Source: an uncultured Gemmatimonadales bacterium (GTDB lineage Bacteria; Gemmatimonadota; Gemmatimonadetes; Gemmatimonadales; GWC2-71-9). From it: 64,000 nt of DNA. Position numbers and translations under genes: made by a program. The notes under the pieces are model-generated. The model did no database searches. It had not been told where the DNA came from and was given only the letters and a program-made list of their open reading frames with translations. The DNA lies in the NCBI GenBank assembly GCA_963828735.1, contig CAWHFW010000005.1, forward strand, positions 256,001-320,000, read 5' to 3'. Each line of letters opens with the position of its first letter. The first letter of the stretch is position 1. Shown here piece by piece: positions 43,028 through 52,745 of the stretch.

Positions 43028-44950
43028 CTATCTCACCGGAACATCACCTTCCAAATACGTGTACCCCTCGAGCCCGGCCACGAAGTCGGCGATGAAGCTG
43101 TTCGCCTCCTGCCGGCTCAGCTCCTTGGCCGCGCTCACCTTGCGGCGGAACGTGGCCAGCAGGTCGGAGGCGTGGAACTGCACGTAGTTCAACACCTCGG
43201 TGACCGTGTCGCCATGGACCAGGTCGGTGATCTCATAGCCCTGCTCGGTGAGCCGGACGTGCACGGCGTTCGTATCACCGAACAGGTTGTGCAAATCACC
43301 GAGAATCTCCTGGTACGCGCCGGTGAGAAAGATGCCGAGGATGTAGGGTTCGCCCTCGTGCACCGGATGCACCTCGAGCGAGGGCTTCCCCTTCCGGCCG
43401 CCGGCGAAGCGGTCGATCACGCCGTCCGAGTCGCAGGTGACGTCCTGCAGGGTCCCGCGCCGCGTGGGCTGCTCGGTTAGCCGGTGGATCGGCATGATCG
43501 GAAAGAGCTGGTCGATCGCCCAGTTGTCGGGCAGCGACTGAAAGACGGAGAAGTTGCAGAAGTAGCGGTCCACCAGCGCGCCATCGATGTGGGCGGCGAT
43601 CTCGGGGAACGATGAGCGGTCCTCGCCCATGGCATGCTGGATGGAGTTGAGCGTGACCAGGTACAGCTGGTCGGCGGCGGCCTTCTCGCGCAGGGAGAAC
43701 ACTCCGCTCGCGAAATATTCCTGCGCCCGCTCCTTGGCGAACACGGCGTCATGGAAGGCCTCCTCAACCCGGTCGGCGGAGAGCTCGTCCAGGTTCTCGG
43801 CCATCTCCTTGAGCAGCGGGTGGGCATCCTTCTCGAGCTCGGGCGGGACCGGTTCGATCTGGGATTCGACGTCGATGACATTGATGAGCAGCAGCGCGTG
43901 GTGCGCCGTGAGCGCGCGGCCGGACTCCGAGATCAGGTGCGGCATCGGGAGACCCTCGGTGCGGCACACGGCTCCAATGGTGTACACCACGTCGTTCGCG
44001 TATTCCCGCATCGAGTAGTTCATGCTGGCGGGCCGCGTGGATCGCGAGCCGTCGTAGTCGACCCCCAAGCCGCCGCCCACGTCGACGTGAGTCAGATCGA
44101 ACCCCATGCCGCGGAGCTCGGCGTAGTACCGGCCGACTTCCTCCAGGCCGGCCTTCACGTAGCGGATGTCGGTGATCTGGCTGCCCAGGTGGAAGTGCAC
44201 GAGCTTCAGGATGTCCTTGCGCCCCAGGCGATCGAGCTGGTCGAGGAGCCGCATGAGCTCCACCGCGCCGAGGCCGAACTTGGAGCGCTCGCCGCCGCTC
44301 TTGGCCCACCGCCCCGAGCCTTCGGTCGCGAGCTTGACCCGGACGCCGGCCGTCGGCTGCACGCCCATCTCGTCCGCCACCTTGAGCAGGACCTCGAGCT
44401 CGTTCAGCTGCTCGAGCACGATCATGACGGTGTGACCCAGGCGCTGCCCCATGAGCGCCAGCCGCATGAACTCCTCGTCCTTGTAGCCGTTGCAGACGAT
44501 GAGATGGGTGGTGTTCTCGTTGAGGCCGAGGATGGCCTGAAGCTCCGGCTTGCTCCCGCACTCCAAGCCCACGCCATGGGGCGCGCCGAACTCCACGATC
44601 TCCTGCACCACATGTCGCTGCTGATTGACCTTGACCGGATACACCGTCGTGTAGCTGCCGTCGTAGCCGAATTCCTTGATGGCGCTGGCGAACTGGGACG
44701 CCAGCGATTCGATCCGGGACCGCAGGATATCGCTGAAGCGGAGCAGGAGCGGAAGGCCGACGCCCTGGGCGTTGAGATCCATCGCGAGCTGATAGAGATC
44801 GAGCCCGCGCTTGCGATTGGTGTCGGGGTGGACGGTGACGTGCCCGTCAGGGCTCACGCGGAAGTAGCCCAGTCCCCAGCCGCTCATGTTGTAGAGCTTC
44901 TCGGCGTCCTTGACGCTCCAGCTCGGCTGGGCGACGACAGTGGTGGCGAT
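43028..44950 (-). CDS. speA: Biosynthetic arginine decarboxylase (probable ATC start)
   Basis: YPVKVNQ (PLP lysine), HFHLGSQI, DVGGGLG, TCDSDG, GAYQEILG; conserved WS..DA..LY...WG.GYF begins upstream of the ATG at 44887. Confidence 0.93.
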   Translation of the reverse strand: MATTVVAQPSWSVKDAEKLYNMSGWGLGYFRVSPDGHVTVHPDTNRKRGLDLYQLAMDLNAQGVGLPLLLRFSDILRSRIESLASQFASAIKEFGYDGSYTTVYPVKVNQQRHVVQEIVEFGAPHGVGLECGSKPELQAILGLNENTTHLIVCNGYKDEEFMRLALMGQRLGHTVMIVLEQLNELEVLLKVADEMGVQPTAGVRVKLATEGSGRWAKSGGERSKFGLGAVELMRLLDQLDRLGRKDILKLVHFHLGSQITDIRYVKAGLEEVGRYYAELRGMGFDLTHVDVGGGLGVDYDGSRSTRPASMNYSMREYANDVVYTIGAVCRTEGLPMPHLISESGRALTAHHALLLINVIDVESQIEPVPPELEKDAHPLLKEMAENLDELSADRVEEAFHDAVFAKERAQEYFASGVFSLREKAAADQLYLVTLNSIQHAMGEDRSSFPEIAAHIDGALVDRYFCNFSVFQSLPDNWAIDQLFPIMPIHRLTEQPTRRGTLQDVTCDSDGVIDRFAGGRKGKPSLEVHPVHEGEPYILGIFLTGAYQEILGDLHNLFGDTNAVHVRLTEQGYEITDLVHGDTVTEVLNYVQFHASDLLATFRRKVSAAKELSRQEANSFIADFVAGLEGYTYLEGDVPVR

Positions 44951-45285
44951 GGCGCAACTCCGGCAAAGGAGAAGGCGGCAAATGTAATGGGCTTTAGCGG
45001 AGATTACCTCCCCCGGTTACGGCTCCGCGTCGGTCCCGACAGGTTCCCGTGCCTCACACCCAGCCACGGGTCAGCCTGTCGCCACTCCCCCCGCAGGGCG
45101 AGCGGCCAGCCCTGTTTTGCCGATCAAGCCGGACGCCTGTAGTCCCACAACGGCGTCTCGGGCGCAGTAGCGCCCGTGCCACAGCGCGCGTTTCTGCGCC
45201 TCTGTGCAAGCCCTCGCATGACTACTAAGTCGTCATTCCGTAACCGGATGCGGGCGAGCATCCGGACGGGCGGGCGGCGGCCCGA

Positions 45286-45301
45286 GGGCACGATCCTCGC
45301 A
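45286..45301 (+). promoter_or_regulatory. Sigma54 (-24/-12) promoter
   Basis: GGGCACGATCCTCGCA with GG-N10-GC spacing, close to the TGGCACG-N4-TTGCW consensus. Confidence 0.6.
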
Positions 45302-45372
45302 TTTTTAGCCGTCGCTCAGCGTGACACCTTTCAATCCCAGTTCTTGCACTGATCTACGGAAGAGGGGGCACC

Positions 45373-46032
45373 ATGGCTGCGCCCAGTCTGATCGCCGCTC
45401 GCCGTTTCTCGCACTCGCTGCGTCTCCGCCTTCAGGTGCTGTTCGCGAAGGCGTTCGAGTCGCTCGCCGATACGTATCGCATCCAGGCCGTGGACTTCGT
45501 TCGCCGTCTGCGCGGGCGGATGACCGTGGAAGAGGCGCTCGAGCGGTACTTCCGCGAGGTCGGCGTGCCGCACGCGATGGAGCAGACGGTCAGGGCCCGG
45601 GCGCTGATCGCGCTCGCGCCGACCGCCCACGACTTCCCGGAGCCGGATACCCGCTCGAGCGGCGGCTGGGCGCAGCTCCGGCCCGACCAGCTGCTCGATA
45701 CGCTGCGCCGCAGGGCGCAGACGCAGGAAGAGACCAGCCTGGACTGTCGTATGGCGGCGTCCGTCTCCGACGAGGCGATCGCGGCGACCCACGTGGCCAT
45801 GGCCCTCGAGACGGTGGCCCTGCTGGAGGACGAAGTCAGCGCGGACGACGCCATCATGCACTACGTGCGCTACTTCAACCTTCCCTCGATCGAGGCCCAG
45901 ATCATCTTCCGCCGCACGCTGGCGGCCTGGGCGGAGCGGCACCCCGTCCGGGACCCGTCCGCGACCGTGTGCGCCACGCCGTCCCTGCCCTTCACGCCCC
46001 GGGTTCCGCTCAGCCTGCGCGTCGCCGGCTAA
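45373..46032 (+). CDS. Hypothetical helical protein with an internal duplication
   Basis: GAGGGGG ribosome-binding site; two alignable repeats of about 55 aa. Confidence 0.75.
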   Translation: MAAPSLIAARRFSHSLRLRLQVLFAKAFESLADTYRIQAVDFVRRLRGRMTVEEALERYFREVGVPHAMEQTVRARALIALAPTAHDFPEPDTRSSGGWAQLRPDQLLDTLRRRAQTQEETSLDCRMAASVSDEAIAATHVAMALETVALLEDEVSADDAIMHYVRYFNLPSIEAQIIFRRTLAAWAERHPVRDPSATVCATPSLPFTPRVPLSLRVAG

Positions 46033-46117
46033 GCACCCGGACGCACCGCAGCGACTCCGCGGGGTAATATCTTTCCGCTGGCGCCGGCAACCCCCGGCGC
46101 CAGCGGAGGAGCTTGTC

Positions 46118-47197
46118 ATGCGGTGGTCGTATACGATCGCACGAATCGCCGGCACGGACGTGAAGGTCCACGTGACCTTCCTACTGCTGCTGGGCTACAT
46201 CGCGTACGACGCGTGGTCCGTCGAGGGGCCAGCCGCCGCGGCGGCCTACACGTTGTTCTTCATCGCCTTCTTCCTCTGCATTCTCCTCCACGAGTTCGGG
46301 CACATCACGATGGCTAGGCGATTCGGCGTGCGCACACCGGACGTGATTCTCCTGCCCATTGGCGGCGTGGCGCGATTGGAGCGCATTCCAGAGGATCCGC
46401 GGCAGGAGCTCCTGGTGGCGCTCGCGGGACCGGCCGTCACGGTGGCCATCATCGTCGGGCTCCTCGTCGCCATCCTCGCTACAGGCGGGTCCCTGGTCCA
46501 CCCCGATCCGTTGGCCGAGAGCACCCCGTTCCTGGTGCGGCTCCTCGGCGTCAACGTCTACGTGCTGGGGTTCAATCTCCTGCCCGCCTTTCCGCTCGAC
46601 GGCGGGCGCGTGCTGCGGGCGTTGCTCGCGCGCCGCATGGGACTGGCGCGGGCCACGAGGATCGCCGGGGCGATCGGGCAAGTCTTCGCCGTGGGGTTGG
46701 GCGTGCTGGGGTTCGTCCAGAGTCAGCCGCTGTGGATGCTCGTCGCGTTCTTCATCTTCCTTGGCGCCGGCAGCGAGGCCAGCGCGGTGGCCACCCGCCT
46801 CGCCGGCCGGGGGCTCACCGTCTCCCACATGATGGTGACCGAGTTCCGGACCATTCCGGTGCATGCGTCGCTCCAGCAGGCCGTGGACCTGCTGCTGTCG
46901 GGCGAGCAGCGCGAGTTTCCAGTGGTGGACAACCTGGGCCGGACCGAAGGGCTGCTGACGCGAGACAACCTGATCCGCGGCCTGAGCCGCCTGGGACCTG
47001 CGGGCACCGTCAGCGAGGCGATGACCACGGACACCCCGACCGTGACGCCCACGCTCGGGTTTCAGGAGGCGCTCGACCGGCTCCGAGCCAGCGGGCTGCC
47101 CGCCCTGCCGGTCGTGGACGCCGGAGGGGCGCTCGTCGGGCTTCTGACCAAGGACAACATCACCGACCTGCTGCTGGTGCGGGGAGCCACACGGTAG
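46118..47197 (+). CDS. Site-2 protease (M50) with tandem CBS domains
   Basis: HEFGH, NLLPAFPLDGGR, C-terminal CBS pair. Confidence 0.92.
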   Translation: MRWSYTIARIAGTDVKVHVTFLLLLGYIAYDAWSVEGPAAAAAYTLFFIAFFLCILLHEFGHITMARRFGVRTPDVILLPIGGVARLERIPEDPRQELLVALAGPAVTVAIIVGLLVAILATGGSLVHPDPLAESTPFLVRLLGVNVYVLGFNLLPAFPLDGGRVLRALLARRMGLARATRIAGAIGQVFAVGLGVLGFVQSQPLWMLVAFFIFLGAGSEASAVATRLAGRGLTVSHMMVTEFRTIPVHASLQQAVDLLLSGEQREFPVVDNLGRTEGLLTRDNLIRGLSRLGPAGTVSEAMTTDTPTVTPTLGFQEALDRLRASGLPALPVVDAGGALVGLLTKDNITDLLLVRGATR

Positions 47198-47211
47198 GCT
47201 CCCGCCGTCGG

Positions 47212-49113
47212 TCAGCGGAGCCGGTTGTTGCCCCGCTCGACGTCCGGCAACACTGACCGGGGATCGACCAGCACGCCGGTGACCTTCTTGCCGCCGCGGA
47301 CGCGGTAGGCGAAGGCCGGACCCAGGTTCCACATCTCGACCGGCAGCCGCACCCGCTCCGTGGTCCCGTCCTCGTAGGTCAGGTCCATCTCCAACGGCAG
47401 GGTCATCGTACCCCGATTGGAGAGAAAGACCTTCTGCTGTTTCTCGACCATCGCTACCGAGTCCACCGCCTGATCGAGCCGGGCCGTCGAGTAAATCCAG
47501 TCGCGCCAGAAGAAGTCCAGATCCATCCCGGATGCGTCACGCATGGTGCGGAAAAAATCGGCGGGGGTGGGGTGCTTGAACGCCCATGCCCTCAGGTACC
47601 GCCGGAACGCGTCGTCGAAGCGCTCCTTGCCCAGGACCTCGTAGCGGAGGGTCTGCATCATCAACGCCGGCTTCTGGTACCCGGTCCAGAACAGGTCGTG
47701 GGACTCGACGGGCCGGCTGATGAGCGGCTCCTCCTTCCCCGGGATGGCGTGATCGGCGTACAGGTGGAGCGGGTGTACCTCGATGCTGTCACCGTACGGG
47801 GTGCCCTTGAAGTAGCGGGCCGCGTTGCCCAAATCGATGAACGTGTTGAAACCCTCATCCATCCAGGGGTAGAGCCGCTCGTTCGAGCCGACGATCATGG
47901 GAACCCACTGATGTCCCAGCTCGTGAGCCAGCACCCACTGCCGCTCTTCCCGGCTCGGCGAGCGCGGGCAGAAGGTGATCATCGGGTACTCCATCCCCTC
48001 GATCGGGCCCTCGATGCTGGTGATGTGCGCATAGGGGTACGGATACCACTGCTCGCTGTAGTATTGCACCGCATCGCGCACCATCCGGTTGGCTTCCTCC
48101 CACTCCGGCGCCGACGATCGGTAGAGCGTGTGAACCAGCGTGCGGCGATACGCGCTTGCGTCCCACCGGAAGTCCGGCGCCGCTCCAAAGGCGAAGTCCC
48201 GGACACTGTCCGCCGAGAACCGCCACGTGAGCGTCCCGGACGAGGTCGGTCGGGTACGCGCCGCGTCGCCGGCCTCGTCCGCGCTGATGATGGCGACAGG
48301 CGTCGCCGAGCTCCGGGCCTTGTCGAGGCGGGCACGCTGGGTGGCCGTCAGCACCTCGGCAGCATTGAGCAGCACGCCGGTCGCGCCCACGACGTAGGTC
48401 GCCGGCACCGTGAGGGCGACGTCGAAGCGCCCGTACTCGAGATAGAACTCGCCGCCACCGATGTAGGGCTCGTGGTTCCATCCGCGCACGTCGTCGTACA
48501 CCACGACGCGCGGGTACCACTGGCCGAGCTCGTAGAGGGTCCCATCGCGTCCCATGCGCCCCGCGCCGTAGTCGGGCACGGTGAACCGCCAGCCGATGTC
48601 GAGGTCGATGAACCGCCCCGGTGCGAGCGGCCGCGGCAGGTTCACCCGCATCGTGGTGCCGTAGACGACGGTGGGCACCTCGTGGAGCCCGAGGCGCACG
48701 TGCTCCAGGGTGAGTCCGCCCGCGAAGCTCTTGCACGAGAAATCGAAGATCGATCCGAGGAAGACCAGGGCGGGCTGATCGAGCTGATTGGTCACGCTGC
48801 CCGGCGCGCAGATGTTCTGCTCGAGAAACAGCCAGACGTAGGGCAGCGAATCCGGACTGTGATTGACGTAGTGGATCGTCTCGCGGCCGCGGAGCTCGTG
48901 CCGCTCGGGATCCAGGGTGGCCCGGATGCGATAGTCCACGCGTTGCTGCCAGTAGGCTCGCCCCGGCCGGCCGGAGCCCGTCCGCGCCTCGCTCGGCGCG
49001 GGGAGCACGAGGGGCCGGAAGGGGGAGCTGCCGACGGAATCGGAGGATTGCGCGCGGACGGGGCCCGCGAGCGCGAGGAGCAGGGTGGCCATGCACGCGG
49101 GGCGGCGAGACAT
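47212..49113 (-). CDS. Secreted M1 family metallopeptidase
   Basis: Signal peptide; GMEYP and HELGH...W.DEG motifs. Confidence 0.9.
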   Translation of the reverse strand: MSRRPACMATLLLALAGPVRAQSSDSVGSSPFRPLVLPAPSEARTGSGRPGRAYWQQRVDYRIRATLDPERHELRGRETIHYVNHSPDSLPYVWLFLEQNICAPGSVTNQLDQPALVFLGSIFDFSCKSFAGGLTLEHVRLGLHEVPTVVYGTTMRVNLPRPLAPGRFIDLDIGWRFTVPDYGAGRMGRDGTLYELGQWYPRVVVYDDVRGWNHEPYIGGGEFYLEYGRFDVALTVPATYVVGATGVLLNAAEVLTATQRARLDKARSSATPVAIISADEAGDAARTRPTSSGTLTWRFSADSVRDFAFGAAPDFRWDASAYRRTLVHTLYRSSAPEWEEANRMVRDAVQYYSEQWYPYPYAHITSIEGPIEGMEYPMITFCPRSPSREERQWVLAHELGHQWVPMIVGSNERLYPWMDEGFNTFIDLGNAARYFKGTPYGDSIEVHPLHLYADHAIPGKEEPLISRPVESHDLFWTGYQKPALMMQTLRYEVLGKERFDDAFRRYLRAWAFKHPTPADFFRTMRDASGMDLDFFWRDWIYSTARLDQAVDSVAMVEKQQKVFLSNRGTMTLPLEMDLTYEDGTTERVRLPVEMWNLGPAFAYRVRGGKKVTGVLVDPRSVLPDVERGNNRLR

Positions 49114-49353
49114 TGCGTACTCCGACGGAGGCTGGGGTTGCGGGAAGTTACGCGCCCCGACCGGTGCGGGCGAGTCGCCTTTTGCGCGCGCTGCATGCGG
49201 TCGTCATACTTCACGTTGGGTGGCAGGGTGTAAAACGCCCAAGCCATGGGATGGCGCCGCCCGCCGCCGAGCCGAGCAGCGCCGCTCCGACCGCGAGCCC
49301 TGCCATGAGTTCGATCGACCTGACGGTTGCCAATCCAGGAAGGCCCTCCGACG

Positions 49354-50751
49354 ATGCCATCCCGTCCCACGGTGCTCGAGCGGTCCGTTCACCTTCCCTT
49401 TCCGGCCGACGAGGTGTTCAGGTGGCACGAGCGCCCTGGAGCGCTCGAGCGGCTCACGCCTCCATGGGAGCAGGTGGACGTGCTCGAGCGCTCCGGCGGC
49501 ATCGAGGACGGGGGTCGGGTCGTCGCGAAGATCGGGTGGCCGGTCGCGATCAGGTGGGTCGCGCGCCACCGCGACTACCAGCCCGGCCGCCAGTTCGCCG
49601 ACGAACAGGTGCAGGGCCCCTTCTCCCGCTGGGTGCATCTCCACCGCTTCGAGCCGGACGGTATAGGCTCGTGTGTGGTCACCGACCGTATCGAATACAC
49701 TCCGCCGCTGGGTGCTCTGGGCGCGGCGAGCGTGCCGGCGCTGGTCCAGCCACGGCTCGAGCGCCTCCTGGGCTATCGGCACGAAGTGCTTCGGCGAGAC
49801 CTCGAGACGCACGCCCGCTTCGCCGACCGGCCGCGGCTTCGCATCGCCGTCACGGGGGCCAGTGGGTTCATCGGCCGCGCCCTCGTGCCGTTCCTCACGA
49901 CAGGGGGGCACATCGTCGTTCGCATGGTGCGGAAGCGGCGGCCGGGCGAGAACGAGGCGTCGTGGGACTGGGGGCTCGGCCGCATCGATGCCGACCGTCT
50001 GGAGGGGCTGGACGCCGTGGTCCACCTGGCCGGCGAGAACGTGGGGGCCCGGTGGACGCCCGAACGGCGCCGGCGCATCCGCGACAGCCGCGGGATCGGC
50101 ACCCGGTTTCTGAGCGAGACCCTGGCACGCCTCGCGCTCCCGCCGCGGGCGCTCGTCTCGGCCTCGGCAGTGGGCATCTACGGGAACCGCGGGGACGAGC
50201 CCCTGACCGAGTCCAGTTCCACGCTCGCGCCGACCAAGGACTTTCTCAGCGACGTCAGCCGGGAGTGGGAGGCAGCCACCGAGCCGGCCCGCGCGGCGGG
50301 CATCCGGGTCGTGCTACCCCGCTTCGGCATGGTCCTGAGCCCGGCCGGGGGCGCGCTCGGTCGGATGCTACCGCCGTTCCGCCTGGGCCTCGGCGGCCCG
50401 TTCGGAAGCGGCCACCAGCAGGTGAGCTGGATCTCGATGGACGACCTGCTCGGCATCATCAACCACCTCCTGATGACCGAGTCGCTGGACGGGCCGGTCA
50501 ATGCGACCGCGCCGCACCCGGTGACCAACCTGGAATTCGCCAGGACGCTGGGGCAGGTGCTGGAGCGGCCCACGGTGGTACCGGTGCCCGCCGCCGCGCT
50601 GCGTCTGGCCTTCGGTGAGATGGCGGACGTGGCGCTGCTCTCGGGCGCCCGCGTGATGCCCGCCCGACTCGAGGCGTCCGGTTACCCTTTCCGCTACCCC
50701 GTTCTCGAGGGCGCGCTGCGCCACCTCCTGGGCCGGCTGCGTCCGACATGA
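49354..50751 (+). CDS. SRPBCC domain fused to TIGR01777-family NAD-dependent epimerase
   Basis: [15 protein letters not shown] and F.DEQ..GPF..W.H.H, then TGASGFIG and DAVVHLAGE. Confidence 0.88.
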   Translation: MPSRPTVLERSVHLPFPADEVFRWHERPGALERLTPPWEQVDVLERSGGIEDGGRVVAKIGWPVAIRWVARHRDYQPGRQFADEQVQGPFSRWVHLHRFEPDGIGSCVVTDRIEYTPPLGALGAASVPALVQPRLERLLGYRHEVLRRDLETHARFADRPRLRIAVTGASGFIGRALVPFLTTGGHIVVRMVRKRRPGENEASWDWGLGRIDADRLEGLDAVVHLAGENVGARWTPERRRRIRDSRGIGTRFLSETLARLALPPRALVSASAVGIYGNRGDEPLTESSSTLAPTKDFLSDVSREWEAATEPARAAGIRVVLPRFGMVLSPAGGALGRMLPPFRLGLGGPFGSGHQQVSWISMDDLLGIINHLLMTESLDGPVNATAPHPVTNLEFARTLGQVLERPTVVPVPAAALRLAFGEMADVALLSGARVMPARLEASGYPFRYPVLEGALRHLLGRLRPT

Positions 50752-50783
50752 CAGCCCTCCGCCCCTCCCCTACTTTTCGCCCC

Positions 50784-51482
50784 ATGACGTCTCCCAAGGC
50801 CGTAGTCCTCCTGAGCGGCGGGATGGACTCCACGACCACCGCGGCCATCGCCCAGCGCGAGGGCTTCGACGTGCACGCCCTCAGCGTGCGCTACGGCCAG
50901 CGGCATGCGGTGGAGCTCGAGGCCGCGCGTCGGGTCGCCGAGCGGCTCGGCATTCGTCATCACGTCGTGATCGATCTCGACTTAGGTGCGTTCGGAGGCT
51001 CGGCTCTGACCGCCGACGTCCCGGTCCCGAAGGACACGCCGATGTCCGAGATCGGGAGCCGGATCCCGTCAACCTATGTTCCCGCCCGCAATACGATCTT
51101 CCTCGCCCTCGCGCTCGCCTGGTCCGAGACGCTGGGCGCCAGCGACATCTTCATCGGCGCCAACGCGCTCGACTACAGCGGCTATCCGGACTGCCGACCG
51201 GAGTATCTGGAGGCATTCGCGCGCATGGCGACCCTGGCGACCCGGGCGGGTGTCGAAGGCGCGCGCCTCACGATTCACACTCCGCTCCTCCGCCTCACCA
51301 AGGCCCAGATCGTGGCGCGGGGCCTCGAGCTGGGTCTCGACTACGGCATGACCAGCACCTGCTACGACCCCGCCGCTGACGGGGCCGCCTGCGGGCGATG
51401 CGAGGCATGCCTGCTCCGGCTCAAGGGCTTCGAGGAGGCCGGAGTCCCGGATCCCGCGAGGTACCAGGCCGCTCACGCATGA
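50784..51482 (+). CDS. queC: 7-cyano-7-deazaguanine synthase
   Basis: [20 protein letters not shown]...CGRCEAC; alternative start at 50748. Confidence 0.95.
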   Translation: MTSPKAVVLLSGGMDSTTTAAIAQREGFDVHALSVRYGQRHAVELEAARRVAERLGIRHHVVIDLDLGAFGGSALTADVPVPKDTPMSEIGSRIPSTYVPARNTIFLALALAWSETLGASDIFIGANALDYSGYPDCRPEYLEAFARMATLATRAGVEGARLTIHTPLLRLTKAQIVARGLELGLDYGMTSTCYDPAADGAACGRCEACLLRLKGFEEAGVPDPARYQAAHA

Positions 51483-52117
51483 CGTACGCGGTGAAGGAGA
51501 TTTTCTACACTCTGCAGGGCGAGGGCGCGAACGCGGGGCGCCCGGCGGTGTTCTGCCGCTTCGCCGGGTGCAACCTGTGGACGGGCCGCGAGGCCGACCG
51601 CGCATCGGCCGTCTGCCAGTTCTGCGACACCGATTTCGTCGGGACCGACGGGCCGGGCGGCGGCAAGTTCGGGACGCCGGCGGCGCTCGCCGCGGCGGTG
51701 GCGGCAGCGTGGCCGCAGGGCGATCCCCTGGCCCGCCCGCTGGTCGTCTGCACGGGGGGCGAGCCGCTGCTCCAGCTCGACCCGCCGCTCGTCGGGGCGC
51801 TGCACGCAGCCGGCTTCGAGATCGCGGTGGAGACCAACGGGACCGTGGAGCCGCCGGCGGGCCTCGATTGGGTCTGCGTCAGCCCGAAGGCAGACGCGGC
51901 GCTCGTCGTGACGTCGGGCGACGAGCTCAAGCTGGTGTTCCCCCAGGAGGACGCGCCGCCCGAGCGCTTCACCGGGCTCGCCTTCCGGCACTTCTTCCTC
52001 CAGCCGATGGACGGCCCGGCGCGCGAGGCGAACACGCGCTCGGCCCTCGCCTATTGTCTCGCGCATCCGCGCTGGCGACTGAGCCTGCAGACGCATAAGC
52101 TTCTCGGCATTCCTTAA
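51479..52117 (+). CDS. queE: 7-carboxy-7-deazaguanine synthase (radical SAM, CX14CX2C type)
   Basis: [41 protein letters not shown] motifs. Confidence 0.94.
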   Translation: MTYAVKEIFYTLQGEGANAGRPAVFCRFAGCNLWTGREADRASAVCQFCDTDFVGTDGPGGGKFGTPAALAAAVAAAWPQGDPLARPLVVCTGGEPLLQLDPPLVGALHAAGFEIAVETNGTVEPPAGLDWVCVSPKADAALVVTSGDELKLVFPQEDAPPERFTGLAFRHFFLQPMDGPAREANTRSALAYCLAHPRWRLSLQTHKLLGIP

Positions 52118-52127
52118 CCGGCCCTCC

Positions 52128-52745
52128 ATGCACGGATATTCCGACCGCATCAACCACGCGTTCGCGTTCGCGGCCAAGTACTACAACGTGCTCGCTCCTG
52201 CCGGTGCCGGGGTGGACTACCTCGCGCATCCCGCCAACGTCGCCGTCATCCTGTCCCGCTATGGGTGCGAGCAGGTGACCATCGTCGCGGGCATCCTGCA
52301 CCACGTGCTGGAGGAGAGCCCGCCGGACCAGTGGCCGGCCCTGGAGCACAAGATCGGCGAGAAGTTCGGCCCGGTCGTCCTGGCGGTGGCCAAGGACGCC
52401 ATCGAGCCCAAATACGACCGGCGCGGCACCGAGCGCGCGTGGCAGCCGTGCAAGCAGGAGTATCTGACCCAGCTCGCGATCGCGGAGCCCCGCGCGCTCG
52501 ACATTATCGTGGCCGACGAGCTGCACTCCTGCGGATCCACCATGACGGCGCTCCGGCGCCTGGGCGTGGAGTACCTCCGCACCGTGTCGCGGGCGGGCTC
52601 GGAGCAGACGATCTGGTGGTATCGCTCGCTCCTCGAGATCCTCACGGCGCGCTCGGACTGGCCACGGCGCGAGATGCTCTCGGAGCTGCGTCTCATGAGC
52701 GCCGAGATGGTGCGAAGCCTACGCCAAAGCGAGGAGGGGCTGTGA
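52128..52745 (+). CDS. RelA/SpoT-type HD-domain protein with degenerate active site
   Basis: AF.FA, Y..HP..VA.IL, AGILHHVLEE (for LHDVVED), ADELHS (for ADKLHN). Confidence 0.75.
   Translation: MHGYSDRINHAFAFAAKYYNVLAPAGAGVDYLAHPANVAVILSRYGCEQVTIVAGILHHVLEESPPDQWPALEHKIGEKFGPVVLAVAKDAIEPKYDRRGTERAWQPCKQEYLTQLAIAEPRALDIIVADELHSCGSTMTALRRLGVEYLRTVSRAGSEQTIWWYRSLLEILTARSDWPRREMLSELRLMSAEMVRSLRQSEEGL

Noticed and set aside
51479..52117. CX14CX2C radical-SAM motif of QueE as a novelty, or que genes as a DNA-modification system
   Set aside because: This QueE variant is already described, and no dpdA or other modification genes are present in the window
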